DNA of 64,000 nucleotides from Fibrobacteria bacterium (GTDB lineage Bacteria; Fibrobacterota; Fibrobacteria; UBA11236; JADFYW01): NCBI GenBank assembly GCA_050294405.1, contig JBNKOC010000007.1, positions 32,001 to 96,000 of the forward strand, read 5' to 3'. Shown piece by piece: positions 59,973 to 64,000 of this stretch (position 1 is its first letter; each line of letters starts with the position of its first letter). The notes under the pieces were generated by a model. It saw only the letters and a program-made list of their open reading frames with translations, ran no database searches and was not told where the DNA came from. The position numbers and the translations under genes were made by a program.

Positions 59973-61400
59973 TTAAAATTGGAAGTATAAAAAGGGATTA
60001 AAGGATTGAGAGAACATCATCATAACAGAAAAAATTAAAACAAAAAGCGACACCAGCATCCTGGCAGGAGTCAACTTTCTGGACCAGTCTAAGGCCTGAA
60101 AGGGTTGCCACACAAAAAAGGCGCAAATCAACATCCAAAAAATATCCGCTGGCTTAAAAATAACCGAATGGAGCAGAGGGGCCGCAGCCGATGCGTCGCT
60201 GATAAATAACATGGAACCCCAATAACTCCAGGCATGGCCTAAATCTGTCGCCCGAAACAATACCCAGGAAAATAAGACCAGAATAAATGTTATTAGCGTT
60301 CTAAAAACTTTGGGCAAGCGGTTGTATAAAAAAGGTTTTCCCAAATAACGCTCTAAAATTAAAAAGAAAGCATGAAACAATCCCCAGGCCACAAAAGTCA
60401 TTTGAGCCCCATGCCATAGCCCACTTAAAAACATCACCACAAATAAGTTAAAGTACAAACGATACGCAGATTTTACCCGATTTCCGCCCAGGGATATATA
60501 CAAATAGTCCCTGAACCAACGGGTTAGTGATATATGCCATCGCCTCCAAAAGTCTGTTATATTTTCTGCGTGGTAAGGCGCATTAAAATTTTTCGTAAAA
60601 TAAAAACCTAACATCAAACCCAGCCCGAAAGCCATATCTGAATAGGCAGAAAAATCAAAATATATTTGGAAACTGTAAGCAATAACGCCCCACCAGGAGC
60701 TAATCCAATCCGGAGCTTGGGCCGCAAATACATTGTCCGCAATTTTGCCAGCGGAGTTCGCCAGTATAATTTTTTTACCCATTCCCAAACTAAAAATGAT
60801 GGCTCCACGGGTGAATTTATTGATGCTATGGCTGCGCTCGGCCAATTGCTCAGCCACGGTGTTGTAGCGGATAATGGGACCCGCTATTAGTTGCGGAAAA
60901 GAAGCCACAAAACAGGAAAAAGTTCTCAAATCTTTTACGGGCGGGGCATCCCCTCGCCAAACATCAATGCTATAGCTTAAGGTCTGAAAAGTGTAAAAGG
61001 AAATTCCAATGGGCAAAATAATAGACATCACGTAAAAATAGTGTTCTCCCCCGCCAAACAACTCCACTACTTTGTTTATACCGGACATGGCAAACATGTA
61101 ATATTTAAAAAAGCCAAGCAGCGACAAATTTGAAATCAGGGATATAACTAAACCCGTATTTCTTTGAAATTTAGATGCTCCCGGGGCTGCAATTAATTTT
61201 CCGCAGCCATAGTCCACAATAGTGGAAACCCACATAAGCGTCACAAACCAAGGCTCAAACCAACCGTAGAAAAAATAAGAGAATAAAGTGATGGTTAGGT
61301 TAAGCCATTGAATAGAGGCCCTTCCCCAATACAAACCGTAATATGTTACTAGAAAAATCGGTAAAAAATAAAACAGAAAAATATGAGAAGAAAAAACCAT
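59973..61400 (-). CDS. algI: AlgI-like MBOAT polysaccharide O-acetyltransferase
   Basis: MVFSS, LPIGISFYTFQ, FPQLIAGPI, QIYFDFSAYSDMA, FWRRWHISL, GLWHGA, PFLYFQF. Confidence 0.92.
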   Translation of the reverse strand: MVFSSHIFLFYFLPIFLVTYYGLYWGRASIQWLNLTITLFSYFFYGWFEPWFVTLMWVSTIVDYGCGKLIAAPGASKFQRNTGLVISLISNLSLLGFFKYYMFAMSGINKVVELFGGGEHYFYVMSIILPIGISFYTFQTLSYSIDVWRGDAPPVKDLRTFSCFVASFPQLIAGPIIRYNTVAEQLAERSHSINKFTRGAIIFSLGMGKKIILANSAGKIADNVFAAQAPDWISSWWGVIAYSFQIYFDFSAYSDMAFGLGLMLGFYFTKNFNAPYHAENITDFWRRWHISLTRWFRDYLYISLGGNRVKSAYRLYFNLFVVMFLSGLWHGAQMTFVAWGLFHAFFLILERYLGKPFLYNRLPKVFRTLITFILVLFSWVLFRATDLGHAWSYWGSMLFISDASAAAPLLHSVIFKPADIFWMLICAFFVWQPFQALDWSRKLTPARMLVSLFVLIFSVMMMFSQSFNPFLYFQF

Positions 61401-61418
61401 TTTTTTTCAGAATTATTT

Positions 61419-61886
61419 TTAAGGAATAATATCCGTATGAGTGGCAAAATAACGGGGATCTTCACTGTCAAAATACTCGTCCTCCACAGCTCCCGACCAA
61501 ATCTCTTCCAAAGGAGATTTTAAGGTTAACTTGTATTTTGCGCCGGCGCTAAACTTTTTGGCATTTCCATTTACCATGGAATCCATTTTATCTTTAATTT
61601 TATCCCGGGGAATTAATGGATTGTATTGGCCCACTAAAATTTCTTTTTGAGCAAGTTCGCCCTTTTCCACTTTTAACACTTTAAATTTAAAAATGTATAC
61701 ATAGTTATATAAATCATTGGGAGGCAAAGTACCCGGTATTTCCACCAAGCGAGCTTCCAAAACAATATCGCCTTCGCCTTTTGCCTCAGAGGCATCGGCA
61801 AAAGAGATTAACAGGCACCCTAAAGCTAGTCCAACAAGCCAATGTTTCCACTTTGATGGTTTAATAATATTTACGCCTAACATCAT
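61419..61886 (-). CDS. Exported hypothetical protein (possible OB-fold) in the acetylation operon
   Basis: Signal peptide; tightly spaced with its neighbours; PPNDLYNYVY and YNPLIPR. Confidence 0.7.
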   Translation of the reverse strand: MMLGVNIIKPSKWKHWLVGLALGCLLISFADASEAKGEGDIVLEARLVEIPGTLPPNDLYNYVYIFKFKVLKVEKGELAQKEILVGQYNPLIPRDKIKDKMDSMVNGNAKKFSAGAKYKLTLKSPLEEIWSGAVEDEYFDSEDPRYFATHTDIIP

Positions 61887-61891
61887 ATTGC

Positions 61892-63025
61892 TTACTTGGT
61901 TAAAGAATGGGAATAACCCGATTGGGGAAAGTTATTAGAACGATAGTAGTTCAAATACCACTTTACAGTTTTTTCCAACGCATCCCTCAAACTGGTATTA
62001 GCTTTCCAGTTAAGCAAAGCTCTTGCCTTCCCCACATCCGGATAACGCCTGTCTGAATCGTCATAACCTTGGCCGTAAAACTCTTCCGCGCTGATGTGCC
62101 GGATTTCTGGCGTGGTAATTTCATAAGTTGAGGCCAGCTCTTTTATTTGGACAGCTAAATTTGCAATTGTAGTTTCGTTCTGGGCTGCGCCAACATTGAA
62201 TATTTCGTTGTGCCCTTTTTTTCCATTTAGTAAAAGGGCCATACAAAATTCCATTACATCATCGATATAGGTAAAACAGCGTTTGCTCCGCCCGCCATCC
62301 ACTAACATCATAGGCTCCTCTTTTAACAGTGCCGACATAAAGCAAGCTAAAACCCTGGGGACCCCTTCCCCATCCAGACCGGGGATATAATCCATGTTAG
62401 GTCCGATAAAATTAAAGGGACGCAAAATAGTGTAGGGCATTTGGCCAGTTTCACCCGCAGCAATAATGTAGCGCTCTAGAAGCTGTTTGGCGCTGGCATA
62501 ACTCCAGCGCTGCTTATTAGCAGGTCCCATAATCAAGTGGCTGTGGTCTTCTTTTAAAAGGTAATCTGAGCGCGTATCTTCATTGGCAGCAAAATGAACT
62601 CCAAGGGCAGAGGCTGTTTTGCCATAAACTTCACTGGTGGAAAAATGAACCAACCAGGTTTTACTGGCAAGACAGGCGTTAACCAAGCGCACGGGCTTGT
62701 TGTAATTGCTTTCAATAACTTCAAGGGGAATCAAATTATACTGTGATGGATTGCAAAGGGAGGCCAGCGAAAAAATTACATGGCATTTTGCTGTCAAATG
62801 TTGCAGCACAGAATCTCCAGTGTAATCGTTTTGGATAAATTGAAAACGAGCTTCGCCCACAACATCGGAAATTTTTCCGCTTTCGGTATCTACTCCAATT
62901 ACGGTCCAATTTGTGTTATTTAAAATATGGCGAACCAAATGGGATCCGATAAATCCACCGCAGCCACAAACCCCGATTACCCTGGAGGAATCGCTTTTTT
63001 CAAATGGAATATTTGATAAATTCAT
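61892..63025 (-). CDS. Extended SDR resembling UDP-D-apiose/UDP-D-xylose synthase (UDP-GlcA decarboxylase family)
   Basis: GCGGFIGSHL; LASLCNPSQYN; HFSTSEVYGKT; QRWSYASAKQLLER; RPFNFIGPNMDYIPGLDGEGVPRVLACF; LVDGG. Confidence 0.85.
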   Translation of the reverse strand: MNLSNIPFEKSDSSRVIGVCGCGGFIGSHLVRHILNNTNWTVIGVDTESGKISDVVGEARFQFIQNDYTGDSVLQHLTAKCHVIFSLASLCNPSQYNLIPLEVIESNYNKPVRLVNACLASKTWLVHFSTSEVYGKTASALGVHFAANEDTRSDYLLKEDHSHLIMGPANKQRWSYASAKQLLERYIIAAGETGQMPYTILRPFNFIGPNMDYIPGLDGEGVPRVLACFMSALLKEEPMMLVDGGRSKRCFTYIDDVMEFCMALLLNGKKGHNEIFNVGAAQNETTIANLAVQIKELASTYEITTPEIRHISAEEFYGQGYDDSDRRYPDVGKARALLNWKANTSLRDALEKTVKWYLNYYRSNNFPQSGYSHSLTK

Positions 63026-63120
63026 TTTAAAATAAAGTAAACAATAAGAAAATTTTTAGCCCTCAATTCATTCACACTTATTGTCCATTTTAACTTACCC
63101 CTTTTTGTTAAATTTGAAAC

Positions 63121-64000
63121 ATGATAATTTATTTTTTTAGGGGTATTCTTCTTTTCCTGGTGTTTTTATCTGTATCTTGTGAAAAACCAGCTTCCGAAAA
63201 TTTACCAAAAAGCCAAGAATCCGTACATTTATTATTTGAGCCCGATTCCACCAGCCTCTTGGAATGGGTAAATGGACTTTATTTGCAATACCTAAAGGAA
63301 AAAGGAGGTCCATTTCAACAAAAGGCCGCAAATTGGAAAAACCAATGGGACAGCCTTACCCACTCAGGCGAATTTTTAAATTACAAAAAAGAGGCTCACA
63401 AACTAAAGGCCAGGGATAAAACTGAATTTTTAAAATCTTTGGTTTATGGGCTGGCAAAAATCCAGTTTGATAGCAGCAAATTGGATTTCCAAAAGGCTTT
63501 TCCCCAGGAGGTTTGGGCGCAGCAAAAGGGAAATTGCATGGGAACTTCCATGTTGCTTTTGGCATTAAGCCAAGAGCTAAATATACCGCTTTATGGAGTG
63601 CTTTTACCTGGACACTTTTTTTTGCGCTATCAGGACAGTATTAGCAAAATAAACTTAGAACCCAATCGAAATGGGTACAGTTATACAAATGAAGAATATA
63701 TTCAAAAATATTTGCTTCACCCTAAAAGCCCTTATAAACTAGATAATCTAAAACCCAGCCAACTTGCTGGAGTTTACTTATACAACCTGGGAAGCATTTA
63801 TTTTGATAAAAATAAAATGGAGCTGGCTAAAAAATACCTGGAAGCTGCTCTGAAAATGTATCCCCATTACCCCGAAGCCCTGGGAAATTTGGGTCTGGTA
63901 TATATTGCGCTCAACCAATGGGAAAAAGCCGGTGAAAGCCTGGAAAAAGCCTATCTTTTAGACCCCTATTCCAGGGATGTATACCACAATTTATCAGGAT
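63121..64000 (+). CDS. Lipoprotein with transglutaminase-like (SirB1/Transglut_core2) domain and TPR repeats; truncated by the window end
   Basis: Not in the ORF track; translated by hand: MIIYFFRG...SVSC, QKGNCMG, GVLLPGHFFLRY, NLE, YNLG...YPEALGNLG; no stop before 64000. Confidence 0.85.
   Translation, partial: MIIYFFRGILLFLVFLSVSCEKPASENLPKSQESVHLLFEPDSTSLLEWVNGLYLQYLKEKGGPFQQKAANWKNQWDSLTHSGEFLNYKKEAHKLKARDKTEFLKSLVYGLAKIQFDSSKLDFQKAFPQEVWAQQKGNCMGTSMLLLALSQELNIPLYGVLLPGHFFLRYQDSISKINLEPNRNGYSYTNEEYIQKYLLHPKSPYKLDNLKPSQLAGVYLYNLGSIYFDKNKMELAKKYLEAALKMYPHYPEALGNLGLVYIALNQWEKAGESLEKAYLLDPYSRDVYHNLSG

Noticed and set aside
61892..63025. Calling this gene arnA
   Set aside because: No formyltransferase domain, no arnB/C/D/T nearby, and the motifs fit apiose/xylose synthase better
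1..64000. CRISPR array, tRNA/rRNA, IS elements
   Set aside because: No regularly spaced repeats, structural RNA signatures or transposase motifs were seen by eye; small ncRNAs cannot be excluded without an Rfam search

Overview
AT-rich bacterial chromosome segment, most likely Fibrobacterota. This is inferred from a TIGR02147-family gene, a FISUMP (Fib_succ_major)-type C-terminal domain and the many secreted modular proteins. About 38 genes; no rRNA, tRNA, CRISPR array or transposase was recognised. Main content: (1) an ECF sigma / single-TM anti-sigma / exported caspase with a beta-barrel-like C-terminus. A matching GGTTGCAT-N16-CGTC promoter-like motif lies inside the sigma 3' end and again before the next gene. 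(2) A secreted cluster with a reprolysin-like metalloprotease whose Cys-switch propeptide seems to be a separate gene, an AB5-B-subunit-like small protein and a divergent two-component pair. (3) Carbohydrate enzymes (GH26, GH43-CBM32, DUF1080) and a cutinase-like hydrolase. (4) An orphan Hcp-OmpA-metallopeptidase fusion. (5) Glutamine synthetase III. (6) A 3869-aa M4+S8 double protease and its partner gene. (7) An operon headed by a plant-like UDP-apiose/xylose synthase with AlgI/AlgJ/AlgX-type O-acetylation genes. All family calls come from motif recognition by eye, not from database searches.
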